IMG/VR virus record: IMGVR_UViG_3300042862_000163
Coordinates: 32,001-96,000 of that record
Source of the DNA: a virus
Taxonomy: Duplodnaviria > Caudoviricetes
Length of the DNA stretch: 64,000 bases
Reading direction: 5' to 3' (one strand)
In this document: in pieces, positions 32,386 to 41,408 of the stretch
How the letters are laid out: each line of letters opens with the position of its first letter
Numbering within the stretch: position 1 is the stretch's first letter
Position numbers and translations under genes: made by a program
The notes under the pieces: model-generated
Database searches by the model: none
What the model saw: the letters and a program-made list of their open reading frames with translations, nothing else
Told to the model about the DNA's origin: nothing

Positions 32386-33003
32386 ATGAAAATATTAAAC
32401 TATATAAAGACTAATTTTTTTAATATTATTGTTTTAATATTAGTTTCAGTTATTTTATTGCAGAAATGTACTAGTACACCAGCTAAACCAACTGAACCTA
32501 AAATAGTAAAAGATACTGTATGGGTAACTACAAAAAATACTGTTGTTACACAGCCTGTAGTTTATAAAACAATTCCAGGAAAACCAGGAACTAATTATAC
32601 TCCTGATCCAAACTATGCTAAACTTGTATTGCAATATACTAAACTAGTAGAAGAACATATAGCTCTTAATGTATATAAAGATACAATTAAAATTGACAGT
32701 ATAGGACATGTTTACATTAATGACACTATAAGTAAAAATAATATTTCTTATAGAAAAGTAGCTTGGAATTTAAAATATCCTATAATAACAAATACTATTA
32801 CACTACCTCCAGTTAGAAATAATCAACTCTATGTTGGTGGAGGATTGCAAGGAGAACAAACACAATTGTTAAATCAATTTAATGTTGGTCTTTTATTAAA
32901 GACAAAATCAGATCAGATATACAATGTATATTCAGGAATGAATACAGATGGTCAATTGCAAATAGGCTTACAAGCTTATTGGAAAATCAAATTACATAAA
33001 TGA
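32386..33003 (+). CDS. Putative spanin-like lipoprotein
   Basis: N-terminal hydrophobic helix ending LLQKC (lipobox-like), repeated xDT motifs, C-terminal amphipathic beta strands; lies in the lysis cluster. Confidence 0.5.
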   Translation: MKILNYIKTNFFNIIVLILVSVILLQKCTSTPAKPTEPKIVKDTVWVTTKNTVVTQPVVYKTIPGKPGTNYTPDPNYAKLVLQYTKLVEEHIALNVYKDTIKIDSIGHVYINDTISKNNISYRKVAWNLKYPIITNTITLPPVRNNQLYVGGGLQGEQTQLLNQFNVGLLLKTKSDQIYNVYSGMNTDGQLQIGLQAYWKIKLHK

Positions 33004-33287
33004 TATATAAATTATTTAAATACATTGAACCTATATGGCTAGGAGCTAATAAGAAACTTTCAATAAGAAGATCTTTAGCACTGGCTTTTTCAATAGATTT
33101 AATTCTAAATATATCACATACAGTGCATAATTGGAAAGCTGGACAATCATATGCTGATATAGCTATGTTGTTAGGACTGGAAGCTGCTCTTGTAGCTGCT
33201 CTTTTATCTTTAACCACTTATTCAAATAGTCTTATCAATAGACAACCAACAACTAATTTAGACATTCCTCAAGAAGATCAATTATGA
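33000..33287 (+). CDS. Putative holin
   Basis: 95 aa with two hydrophobic helices; ATGA overlaps on both sides, the downstream one with the endolysin. Confidence 0.55.
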   Translation: MIYKLFKYIEPIWLGANKKLSIRRSLALAFSIDLILNISHTVHNWKAGQSYADIAMLLGLEAALVAALLSLTTYSNSLINRQPTTNLDIPQEDQL

Positions 33288-33781
33288 AAACAAGCAACAT
33301 AGGAATAGAACTGATTAAAGAATTTGAATCTCTACATGATGGAGATTCATCTCTTATTGGATTACAACCAAAAATGTGTCCTGCAGGAGTTTGGACAGAA
33401 GGATATGGACATGCTATGAGAGATAGTAAAGGAAATTTCATTAAAGGAAAAGCTAACAAAACACTAGCATATAATAATGCAAAAGTTAAAACAAAAACTG
33501 AAGCTACAAAATTGTTATTTCAAGATTTAGATCCTAGAGAATACATAGTAGAACAAAAAGTTAAAGTGGATCTTAATCAAAATCAATTTGATGCACTTGT
33601 ATCTTATGTATATAATACAGGTGGTTCTTCAACATTATATAATTTAATAAACAAAAAAGCTCCTGATGCTGATATAAAGAAATGGATTGAAACTAAATAC
33701 ATTTCAGCAGATGGTGTTAAACTAGCTGGTCTAGTTAGAAGAAGAAAAGCAGAAAGTAATTTATTTTTTACACCAGTTTAA
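33284..33781 (+). CDS. Endolysin, GH24 phage lysozyme
   Basis: IKEFE..CPAGVWTEGYGH, LNQNQFDALVS, GLVRRRKAE motifs. Confidence 0.92.
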   Translation: MKTSNIGIELIKEFESLHDGDSSLIGLQPKMCPAGVWTEGYGHAMRDSKGNFIKGKANKTLAYNNAKVKTKTEATKLLFQDLDPREYIVEQKVKVDLNQNQFDALVSYVYNTGGSSTLYNLINKKAPDADIKKWIETKYISADGVKLAGLVRRRKAESNLFFTPV

Positions 33782-33784
33782 ACC

Positions 33785-33919
33785 ATGGCAAAACAAACCA
33801 ATACATCAACAAAAGCAGTAGTAATTAAAGTGAGCAGACCTAACGTGCATGCTAAATCTCAGACATCTAAACTTAAATCTTCTAAGAACTACAAGAAGCT
33901 TTATAATGGACAAGGATAA
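33785..33919 (+). CDS. Small basic protein (44 aa)
   Basis: Translated by hand: MAKQTNTSTK...HAKSQTSKLKSSKNYKKLYNGQG*. Fills the intergenic gap. Confidence 0.65.
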   Translation: MAKQTNTSTKAVVIKVSRPNVHAKSQTSKLKSSKNYKKLYNGQG

Positions 33920-33921
33920 AC

Positions 33922-34071
33922 ATGGAATGGGACTTAGAAATAGCTATACATTGGCCTCATAATAGATTTACTATAGGATGGGATATTATACATGCTGATG
34001 AAAAGTATAATTACGAAACATATAACTTGTATTTAGCAATATTTACATTAACATTAAATATATATAATTAA
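33922..34071 (+). CDS. Small hypothetical protein (49 aa)
   Basis: Translated by hand: MEWDLEIAIHWPHNRFTIGW...LTLNIYN*; starts 2 nt after the previous stop. Confidence 0.55.
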   Translation: MEWDLEIAIHWPHNRFTIGWDIIHADEKYNYETYNLYLAIFTLTLNIYN

Positions 34072-34176
34072 TTTAGTTAGACTTGTGCTAACTATTTTCG
34101 TTATTTTAATTTGGTGAAAAACATATACTAATGGTGAAAATCACTTATTTTTGTATAATAAATAAAATTTAAACAA

Positions 34177-34695
34177 ATGGCAATACCATCAAAACAAATA
34201 GGTCAATCATCAGAATCTAATTTACTTTGGAATATATCTAAACAATTAGATCAATTGACAAAAATTACTAATGCTTCTTCTAATGTAACAGTGGAAAATA
34301 CTGGAGCAAATCCTGTTCCTATTAGTCCAAGACCTAATACTACTGGAGCAAATGGAACAACTCCTTATAAATTAATATCATTAGCTACAACAAATGCTAA
34401 TGTTGTTAAAGCTTCACCAGGAAATTTATATTCTATTGTAGCCATTGGATTAACTTCAACCGTTAGATATTTAAAATTGTACAATAAAGCAACATCACCA
34501 ACTGTAGGTACAGATGTTCCATTAATGACTATTCCTGTTCCAGCTAATACACAAGGAGCAGGTATATCTATTCCATTCTCTATGGGAGTTAATTTCCCTT
34601 TAGGAATTGCTCTTTCCATAACAAGTGGATTAGCAGATAATGATACAGGAACAATATTAGCAAATGATGTAGTGATAAACTTAACTTACGCATAA
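34177..34695 (+). CDS. Putative virion decoration/fibre protein
   Basis: 172 aa; short N-terminal helix (MAIPSKQIG..LLWNISKQL) plus beta-sandwich-like domain (YLKLYNKATSPTVGTDVP). Confidence 0.55.
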   Translation: MAIPSKQIGQSSESNLLWNISKQLDQLTKITNASSNVTVENTGANPVPISPRPNTTGANGTTPYKLISLATTNANVVKASPGNLYSIVAIGLTSTVRYLKLYNKATSPTVGTDVPLMTIPVPANTQGAGISIPFSMGVNFPLGIALSITSGLADNDTGTILANDVVINLTYA

Positions 34696-34697
34696 TT

Positions 34698-34847
34698 ATG
34701 TTAACTCTATTAGGATGTGGACAAGGACAAGCTAGTATAACTGTTATTGCTTTAATCAATGCTTTTAAAGCAAGGGTAGCAGCTGACTCTGGTATGTATG
34801 AAGCAGAAGCTTGTCAAATAATAACATTAAATACATTAGCAACATGA
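34698..34847 (+). CDS. Small hypothetical protein (49 aa)
   Basis: Translated by hand: MLTLLGCGQG...FKARVAADSGMYEAEAC...*; ATGA overlap with the next gene. Confidence 0.6.
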   Translation: MLTLLGCGQGQASITVIALINAFKARVAADSGMYEAEACQIITLNTLAT

Positions 34848-36541
34848 GTTTAATTAATAAAGCTTCATTAATAATTACGCCAAACGCTGTTAAGGAAGGA
34901 AAACTGTATTCTGTTGTTCCTAACACACCATTAGGTGATATGACCGTTGTTCGTGCTACAACAGCAACGAGAGTAAATAGTGCAGGATTGATTGAAGTAG
35001 TTCCAAGAAATTTGTTTACCTATAGTAATACTTTTAGTAACCCAATAGATTGGGGTGGTTTTAATCAATTATCACTCACTGCAAATGCAGGAATATCTCC
35101 TGATGGAAATAATAATGCTTTTTTATTCACAAAAAATACAAGTAGTATTTACGGTTGGAAAAGTCAAAATAACACTTCATTTTATTTAGGTGTTACTTAC
35201 ACTTTTTCTGCTTTTGTAAAAAAAGGAACTGTAGGAAATACAGCTATAATAAGGGTTGCAGGTGGTGCTTTTCCTCCTGCAATTGTTTTTGAATTTAATT
35301 TTGATACAGAAACTATTACAAATGGTGGAAGTTTTACTAAATTAGAAAATGGTTGGTATAGAATTTCAGGACAAAGAACAGCTACGAGTACAGGAAGTGG
35401 TGATTTTCAAATAGGTGTTATTTCAGCATTAGCGACAGGCTTGAATAACGTATTAATCTATGGTGCTCAATTAGAAGCAGGTTCAACAGCAACAGAATAT
35501 TTCCCTACAACAACAAGATTAAACATTCCACGTATTGACTACACAAACGGAAGTTGTCCGAGTTTATTGGTAGAACCGCAGAGAACTAATTTGTTGTTGA
35601 GAAGTGAGGAGTTTAATGATGCTGCTTGGATAAAAACAAACGCTACTGTAACATCTAATAGTACAATTTCTCCAAGCGGAACTTTAACAGCGGACACAAT
35701 TAATATTTCAGTTCAAGATGTTGAACGTGTTATTCAAAGAGTTTTAGTAGGAACTTCTATTGCAGGTGTAACATATACTGCGAGTGTATGGGTAAAAGGA
35801 CAAGGAAGTAATGTTGGAAAACAAGTTAGATTTAGGGTAAAAAGAAATAGCGGAGGTGCTCTTTCAGATGCTATATTAAATTATACACTTACTTCTAATT
35901 GGACAAGATTATCTATTAGTTTTACAGGTGTAACTGATAATACAGGCGTGGCTTATAGTTTTGATGGTGCTACAAATTATGCAGATTCATTTGATGTTTG
36001 GGGTGCTCAATTAGAAGCAGGCTCATACGCTACTTCATATATTCCAACAGTAGCATCAACAGTAACACGTAACGCTGATGTTATTTCTAAAACAGGAATA
36101 AGTATTTTAATAGGGCAAACAGAAGGAACTATATTTTTAGATTTTGAATTATTACCAAACAATATAAACAGTAGTTATGTATTCGCTTTGAATGACGGTA
36201 CTAATATAAATATGATAAGAAGTGAAATTTTTATATTAAGTCCAACAATTTTACAATTCCGAACTGGTGTTAATACTTTAGGAGTCGGTCAAGGTGATTT
36301 TTTTACAACTATTACGCAATTAAGAAATAAAATGGCAATTTCTTATTCTTTAAATAATGTTAAAATTTTTATAAATGGTACTTTAGTAGCCACCGATACT
36401 TCTGTAACGATACCTACAATGAATACTTTTAATATAGGAAATAGAACTTTAGACAATATTATTGGTTCAAGTTATAAACAAGCAATACTTTTCAAAACGC
36501 AATTAAGCAATGCAGAATGTATCGCATTAACAACGCTATAA
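34844..36541 (+). CDS. Head/tail spike-fibre protein with duplicated carbohydrate-binding-like domains and a LamG-like C-terminus
   Basis: Two internal domain copies (RNL..S..F ... GAQLEAGS.AT.Y.PT). The ATG at 34844 is preferred to the TTG at 34811 because of ATGA coupling. Confidence 0.65.
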   Translation: MSLINKASLIITPNAVKEGKLYSVVPNTPLGDMTVVRATTATRVNSAGLIEVVPRNLFTYSNTFSNPIDWGGFNQLSLTANAGISPDGNNNAFLFTKNTSSIYGWKSQNNTSFYLGVTYTFSAFVKKGTVGNTAIIRVAGGAFPPAIVFEFNFDTETITNGGSFTKLENGWYRISGQRTATSTGSGDFQIGVISALATGLNNVLIYGAQLEAGSTATEYFPTTTRLNIPRIDYTNGSCPSLLVEPQRTNLLLRSEEFNDAAWIKTNATVTSNSTISPSGTLTADTINISVQDVERVIQRVLVGTSIAGVTYTASVWVKGQGSNVGKQVRFRVKRNSGGALSDAILNYTLTSNWTRLSISFTGVTDNTGVAYSFDGATNYADSFDVWGAQLEAGSYATSYIPTVASTVTRNADVISKTGISILIGQTEGTIFLDFELLPNNINSSYVFALNDGTNINMIRSEIFILSPTILQFRTGVNTLGVGQGDFFTTITQLRNKMAISYSLNNVKIFINGTLVATDTSVTIPTMNTFNIGNRTLDNIIGSSYKQAILFKTQLSNAECIALTTL

Positions 36542-36870
36542 TGGAAATATATAAATTAAATTACACAGACAAAGAAACTGCAATTGCTGATTTATTAGCT
36601 AAAGGAGTTTATGTAGAAATAGAAGGAGAATTATCCTATATCAATGGAACTCAAGCTGTAGTTGATATAGGTCAAATAGTGAAAGTTGAAGGAACGTATG
36701 ATGAACAAGGAAATGTAATTACTGAACCTATTTATTTTGAAGGCGTATTCTACGATGTAATGACCACAGAAGTAATTGACTTTGGAAGTAACGAAGTATT
36801 TCCTATTGATTGCAAACATAGTTTTATGGGTTATGCTCAAAATGCTGATGGGCCTGTATTAGAAGTATAA
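36541..36870 (+). CDS. Small acidic fibre-associated protein
   Basis: TAATG coupling gives the start MEIYKLNY; GTYDEQGNVITEP motif. Confidence 0.6.
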   Translation: MEIYKLNYTDKETAIADLLAKGVYVEIEGELSYINGTQAVVDIGQIVKVEGTYDEQGNVITEPIYFEGVFYDVMTTEVIDFGSNEVFPIDCKHSFMGYAQNADGPVLEV

Positions 36871-36896
36871 AGAATAAATTAAAACCAAACTACATA

Positions 36897-37910
36897 ATGA
36901 AACCAATATTAATTACATGTCAACCTACAGATACATACTTTGTATGGCAAAATCATATGTATATAGAATCTTGTATAGCTCAAGGATTTAAAGAAGAGCA
37001 AATACATATTCTTTTATACAATCCTATAGGGAGAGTTTATAACACTAGCTGGGATAAGTTAAAAGAATGTTATCCAAAACTAAATATATTTATATATGAA
37101 GATAAAGGAGTTCAGCAATTTCTTGGAACTTATATTCCTATATTAAGACCTCATATTCTTTGGCAACATTTTGAAGCTTTTCCAGAATTACAAGATAGAA
37201 CAATTATATATACAGATAGTGATATTCTTTGGTTAGATTCATTAAATATAAATCATTTATTAGAAGATGATATAAATTATGTTAGTGATGCTAATTCATA
37301 TTTGAATCATTCATATTTTGAAAGTAAGTATAGAGATGTACTTCCTGAAAAATTAGAAGAAGCTAAATCAATAGATTTTTTAAAAGGAGTTTGTGATATA
37401 GTTGGTATAGATAAACAAGTTGTAATAGACAACAATTCTAATACAGGAGGTGTACAATATATTCTAAAAGATATAGATGCATCATTTTGGAAAAAAGTTG
37501 AAACAGATGTTCTTAAAATAAGAATATATCTTCAACAGATGAATAGAGATTATTTCAAAGATGAAAATAGTGGTATACAATCATGGTGTGCAGATCTTTG
37601 GGCAGTACAATTTAATCTTTGGTTCTTCAATAAAGAAAGTAAAGTAGCTAAAGAATTAGCATTTGCTTGGGCTACAGATCCAATTATAAAAATAGAAACA
37701 TATCCTATTCTTCATAATGCAGGAATAGTTTCTGAAACAGGAAATGGTTATCCAGCTTTCTACAAAGGAAAGTATCATATGGGTACAGACCCAACAAAAG
37801 ATCCTAACCTACAATTAATACTTAATAATGAACAATCAAAGAAGTATTGTACTTGGTATTATGCAGAAAAATTAAATACAATCAAAAATAAATATAACCT
37901 TAATTATTAA
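36897..37910 (+). CDS. GT-A glycosyltransferase, possibly related to peptidyl-Ser/Hyp O-glycosyltransferases (GT96/GT95)
   Basis: YFVWQ near the N-terminus, DxD (IIYTDSDIL), GGVQYIL, WCADLWA. Confidence 0.55.
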   Translation: MKPILITCQPTDTYFVWQNHMYIESCIAQGFKEEQIHILLYNPIGRVYNTSWDKLKECYPKLNIFIYEDKGVQQFLGTYIPILRPHILWQHFEAFPELQDRTIIYTDSDILWLDSLNINHLLEDDINYVSDANSYLNHSYFESKYRDVLPEKLEEAKSIDFLKGVCDIVGIDKQVVIDNNSNTGGVQYILKDIDASFWKKVETDVLKIRIYLQQMNRDYFKDENSGIQSWCADLWAVQFNLWFFNKESKVAKELAFAWATDPIIKIETYPILHNAGIVSETGNGYPAFYKGKYHMGTDPTKDPNLQLILNNEQSKKYCTWYYAEKLNTIKNKYNLNY

Positions 37911-37914
37911 AAAC

Positions 37915-38085
37915 ATGTCAAATCAGAGAAATTTAAAAGCATTTGTTCGCTTCGATGGAAGTGGAAGAGTTGTCGCAGGCAGCTTGATCTTGAGAAGAAG
38001 TAAACCAAAAGTGGGTAAATGGCAAGAGATAACAGCATATGAATGTTGTAATCCTACTACCACTACTACTACAACAGTAGTTTAA
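37915..38085 (+). CDS. Small protein with C-terminal poly-Thr tail (56 aa)
   Basis: Translated by hand: MSNQRNLKAFVRFDGSGRVVAGSLILRRSKPKVGKWQEITAYECCNPTTTTTTTVV*. Absent from the supplied ORF track. Confidence 0.75.
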   Translation: MSNQRNLKAFVRFDGSGRVVAGSLILRRSKPKVGKWQEITAYECCNPTTTTTTTVV

Positions 38086-38096
38086 TTTAATGTAAA

Positions 38097-38510
38097 ATGG
38101 CACTAAAATCACTATTTCCAGATGACATGATGAAATCATCATCTGAAGGCTTAACGTTAGAAAGTATAGCTGCAAAGCTTACTTACTTCCATGAGCAATT
38201 GCATTTATTGCATTGGCAAACTAGTTCATATGCAGAGCACCAAGCTCTTGGTGGATTATATGATTATGTACATGATTTTAAAGATGGTGTAGTTGAAAAG
38301 ATTATGGGCTATACAGGTAAAAGACCTGGAGCTTATAAAATAGAACCTCTTGGTGGAGCTAATGCTTCTTCTGTTGTTTCTGAACTTATGAGCTTTGCAT
38401 CATCATTAAAAGCATATGGTGAAAAAAATGCTTATCACGATATATGTAATCTTGCAGATAGTTTATCTGGAGAAGCGGCTAAAACAAAATATCTATTAAC
38501 ATTATCATAA
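38097..38510 (+). CDS. Ferritin/Dps-like four-helix-bundle protein
   Basis: LHLLHWQTSSYAEHQALGGLYD..D..VEK..G and KYLLTL motifs. Confidence 0.75.
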   Translation: MALKSLFPDDMMKSSSEGLTLESIAAKLTYFHEQLHLLHWQTSSYAEHQALGGLYDYVHDFKDGVVEKIMGYTGKRPGAYKIEPLGGANASSVVSELMSFASSLKAYGEKNAYHDICNLADSLSGEAAKTKYLLTLS

Positions 38511-38794
38511 TGGAAATAAACAGAAAACATTTTCCTAAAGTGATGCAAGATAATGATGAAACATTTCTTGCACATCTGGAAGGTGTTATTTCTTCTGTTG
38601 ATGAACTATGTAGCTTAGAGATAACAAAGAGCTTAGAATCATATAGATTCAGAATAGCTTGTAGTCTTCCTAAGTATAATAATATGGTGATTGAAGAAAT
38701 ATTAAAGTTCTGTAATCTATTCCATATAAGACTTGATATGAGCAAGAGTATTAAAACAACAAGCGTTATTACGTTTGAAATAAATCTAAATTAA
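38510..38794 (+). CDS. Hypothetical protein
   Basis: 94-aa ORF, TAATG coupled. Confidence 0.6.
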   Translation: MEINRKHFPKVMQDNDETFLAHLEGVISSVDELCSLEITKSLESYRFRIACSLPKYNNMVIEEILKFCNLFHIRLDMSKSIKTTSVITFEINLN

Positions 38795-38795
38795 T

Positions 38796-40118
38796 ATGCC
38801 TACATTTATAAAACCAGGATTCTGGGAAAAAAGACAAAAAGGATATGACCATTGGTTAAACCTTGATCAATTAATAATTTCATTGAGCCCTCCAGCTACA
38901 ACTGGTCCATTTGAATACAATGCAAATGCAACTGGTATTCAGCCAATATTAGGAACTAATGTTGCAAGTGGTACAAATGCTACAATTGGTGGTGGTATTT
39001 ATAATACTGCTTCTTGTAATTATTCAACAGTTGGTGGTGGTCAAGGTAATACTGCTTCTAATTATCATTCAACTATTAGTGGTGGTTATGGTAATACTGC
39101 TTCTAACAGTTATTCAACAGTTGGTGGTGGTTTAAGTAATACTGCTTCTTCTAATTATTCAACAATTGGAGGTGGTCGAAACAACATTGTTTCTGGATGT
39201 TATGCGACAGTTGGTGGAGGAGGAGGATTTGGATACTCTGGAAACTCTGGTTATCCAGATTATTCTCCTATTTATTCAAGTTTTGGCAACAATGCTTCTG
39301 GATGTATTTCAACAATAAGTGGTGGTAGATGCAATACTGCTTCTAGTTATTATTCAACAATTAGTGGTGGTTCTTTAAATACTGCTTCTGGTTCTAATTC
39401 AACAATTGGTGGTGGTAATCAAAATACCGCTTCTAACGCTTATTCAACAGTTGGTGGTGGTTATAGAAATACTGCTTCTGGTTCCCTTTCAACAGTTGGT
39501 GGTGGTTTAAGTAATACTGCTTCTCAATATGCTTCAACAGTTGGTGGTGGTATATTTAATACTGCTTCTCAATATGCTTCAACAGTTGGTGGTGGTAAAT
39601 GCAATATTGCCCCTGGTTCTTGTTCAACAATTGGAGGTGGTTATAAAAATATTACTAGTGATTATTCAACAGTTGGTGGTGGTAGATATAATATTGCTTC
39701 TAATTTTACATCAACAATTGGTGGTGGTCAATATAATACCGCTTCTGGTTTAGGTTCAACAGTTAGTGGTGGCGGAGTGAATTATTATAATAGTAGTGTT
39801 TATGGTGCTGGTAATATTGCTTCTGGCGATTCTTCAACAATCGCTGGTGGTTTGTTTAATACTGCTTCTGGATGTAGGTCAGCAATTGGGGGTGGTTGTA
39901 TTAATGTTGCTTCTGGTACTTTTTCTGGAATATTAGGAGGGTCATATAATAACACAAATACTTGCAATTTTGCAATGATTGTCGGTACAAATATAACTGC
40001 CGACAGAAGTTGTGCTACATTTGTAAATAACTTATCAATCAAAAACATTCCAACTGCAAGTGCTGGTTTACCAAGTGGGTCTGTTTGGAAAAATGGAAAT
40101 GTATTAAATATAGTTTAA
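38796..40118 (+). CDS. Beta-helical/beta-roll fibre or adhesin with 13-aa repeats
   Basis: More than 20 copies of NTASxxxSTVGGG; N-terminal anchor shared with 42921; C-terminal LPSGSVWKNGNVLNIV. Confidence 0.75.
   Translation: MPTFIKPGFWEKRQKGYDHWLNLDQLIISLSPPATTGPFEYNANATGIQPILGTNVASGTNATIGGGIYNTASCNYSTVGGGQGNTASNYHSTISGGYGNTASNSYSTVGGGLSNTASSNYSTIGGGRNNIVSGCYATVGGGGGFGYSGNSGYPDYSPIYSSFGNNASGCISTISGGRCNTASSYYSTISGGSLNTASGSNSTIGGGNQNTASNAYSTVGGGYRNTASGSLSTVGGGLSNTASQYASTVGGGIFNTASQYASTVGGGKCNIAPGSCSTIGGGYKNITSDYSTVGGGRYNIASNFTSTIGGGQYNTASGLGSTVSGGGVNYYNSSVYGAGNIASGDSSTIAGGLFNTASGCRSAIGGGCINVASGTFSGILGGSYNNTNTCNFAMIVGTNITADRSCATFVNNLSIKNIPTASAGLPSGSVWKNGNVLNIV
38959..39960 (+). repeat. Coding tandem repeat, about 39-nt unit
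   Basis: Recurring AATACTGCTTCT...TCAACAGTTGGTGGTGG units. Confidence 0.9.
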
Positions 40119-40192
40119 AAAAAAAACAATAAAACCGAAATACTTTTTTATATTTGTATTTCAAAAAATAAATAATTTAAAAATAAAATAAA

Positions 40193-40513
40193 ATGGAAAA
40201 TTTCACAATTCACATCTTTGGTTACGGAGAAACACAAATCAACTCAAAAGATTTATCTGTAAAAGTTGCAACTGATACGTTAACTACTGTAACGCCTTTA
40301 ATCACTGGGATATTTGCTAAAAAACCAGCAGACAATCCAACATTAATTACAGACTTTCACGCAATTAACCTATTTGGTTATAATGATGTTCGTTGGCAAG
40401 TAAAAAATAACGGTTTTAATGTTAAAGATGATGTAGAGCTAAAACCTCTTATTGATGCTTTAATTGCTGAATTGCAAACTACCACTACTACTACCACTAC
40501 TACAGTTGTATAA
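40193..40513 (+). CDS. Hypothetical protein with C-terminal poly-Thr tail
   Basis: 106 aa ending in a Thr run followed by VV*; TATATTTG box at 40149-40156 upstream. Confidence 0.7.
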   Translation: MENFTIHIFGYGETQINSKDLSVKVATDTLTTVTPLITGIFAKKPADNPTLITDFHAINLFGYNDVRWQVKNNGFNVKDDVELKPLIDALIAELQTTTTTTTTTVV

Positions 40514-40523
40514 ATAATATTAG

Positions 40524-40550
40524 GGCATATATTATATGCCTTTTTTTTTT
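40524..40550 (+). terminator. Rho-independent terminator
   Basis: GGCATAT-att-ATATGCC stem followed by T10. Confidence 0.7.
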
Positions 40551-40567
40551 AAACCAAACTACATACT

Positions 40568-41392
40568 ATGGAAAGAAAATTCTTTTTTAATTCATCTCTA
40601 CCGAGAGCTGGATCAACATTATTACAAAACATAATTGCAGATAATCCAGAATTCTATTGTACACCTACAAGTGGATTTTTAGAATTGATTTTAGCAGCTA
40701 AACAAAGTTTTAGTCAATCACCAACAGTGAAGGCTCAAGATGATGCATTAATGACTAAAGCATTTCTTTATTTTTGCAAAGGAGCAATGGATGGTTATTT
40801 TAATGCTTTAACTGATAAACCCTATATATTAGATAAAAATAGAGCATGGGGAATTCATTTACCATTAGTTAAACAATTTACTGGAGAACAGCCTAAAATG
40901 GTTTTTATGGTAAGAGACATTAGAGCTATTTTTGCTTCTATGGAAAAAAACTTTCGTAAAAATCCAACTAAAGAAAACCATATTCAAAATCCTGATCAGA
41001 TGGTTGGCACTACCCTTCAGAAAAGAGTAGAACTTTGGTCTAATAATGTTCCTATAGGAATAACTATGGATAGATTAAAAGATATGATTGACCAAGGAAT
41101 AGATAAAAAAGTTTTATTTATTCGTTATGAAGATCTGATGGACTTTCCAGAACAAGAAATTAAACGTTTTTATGAATATATGGAACTTCCATATTATGAA
41201 GGACATAATTTCAATACTGTAACACAACACACACATGAAAATGATTCATTTCATGGTATATATGGTGATCACGTGCTAAGAGAGAAGTTTGAAAGAAAAC
41301 CTGATGATTTTGAGGATATATTAGGATTTGAGATTTGTCAATCAATAAAGAATGCATATCCTTGGTTCTATAAGAAATTTGGATACGTTTAA
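40568..41392 (+). CDS. Sulfotransferase (PAPS-dependent)
   Basis: 5'-PSB loop SSLPRAGSTLL, 3'-PB MVRDIRAIFAS, IRYEDL. Confidence 0.9.
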   Translation: MERKFFFNSSLPRAGSTLLQNIIADNPEFYCTPTSGFLELILAAKQSFSQSPTVKAQDDALMTKAFLYFCKGAMDGYFNALTDKPYILDKNRAWGIHLPLVKQFTGEQPKMVFMVRDIRAIFASMEKNFRKNPTKENHIQNPDQMVGTTLQKRVELWSNNVPIGITMDRLKDMIDQGIDKKVLFIRYEDLMDFPEQEIKRFYEYMELPYYEGHNFNTVTQHTHENDSFHGIYGDHVLREKFERKPDDFEDILGFEICQSIKNAYPWFYKKFGYV

Positions 41393-41408
41393 TCATAAAA
41401 AAACCAAC

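Noticed and set aside
38959-39960. CRISPR-like or DGR-like repeat array
   Set aside because: The units are in-frame, degenerate 39-nt coding repeats with no unique spacers, and no cas or reverse transcriptase gene is in the window.
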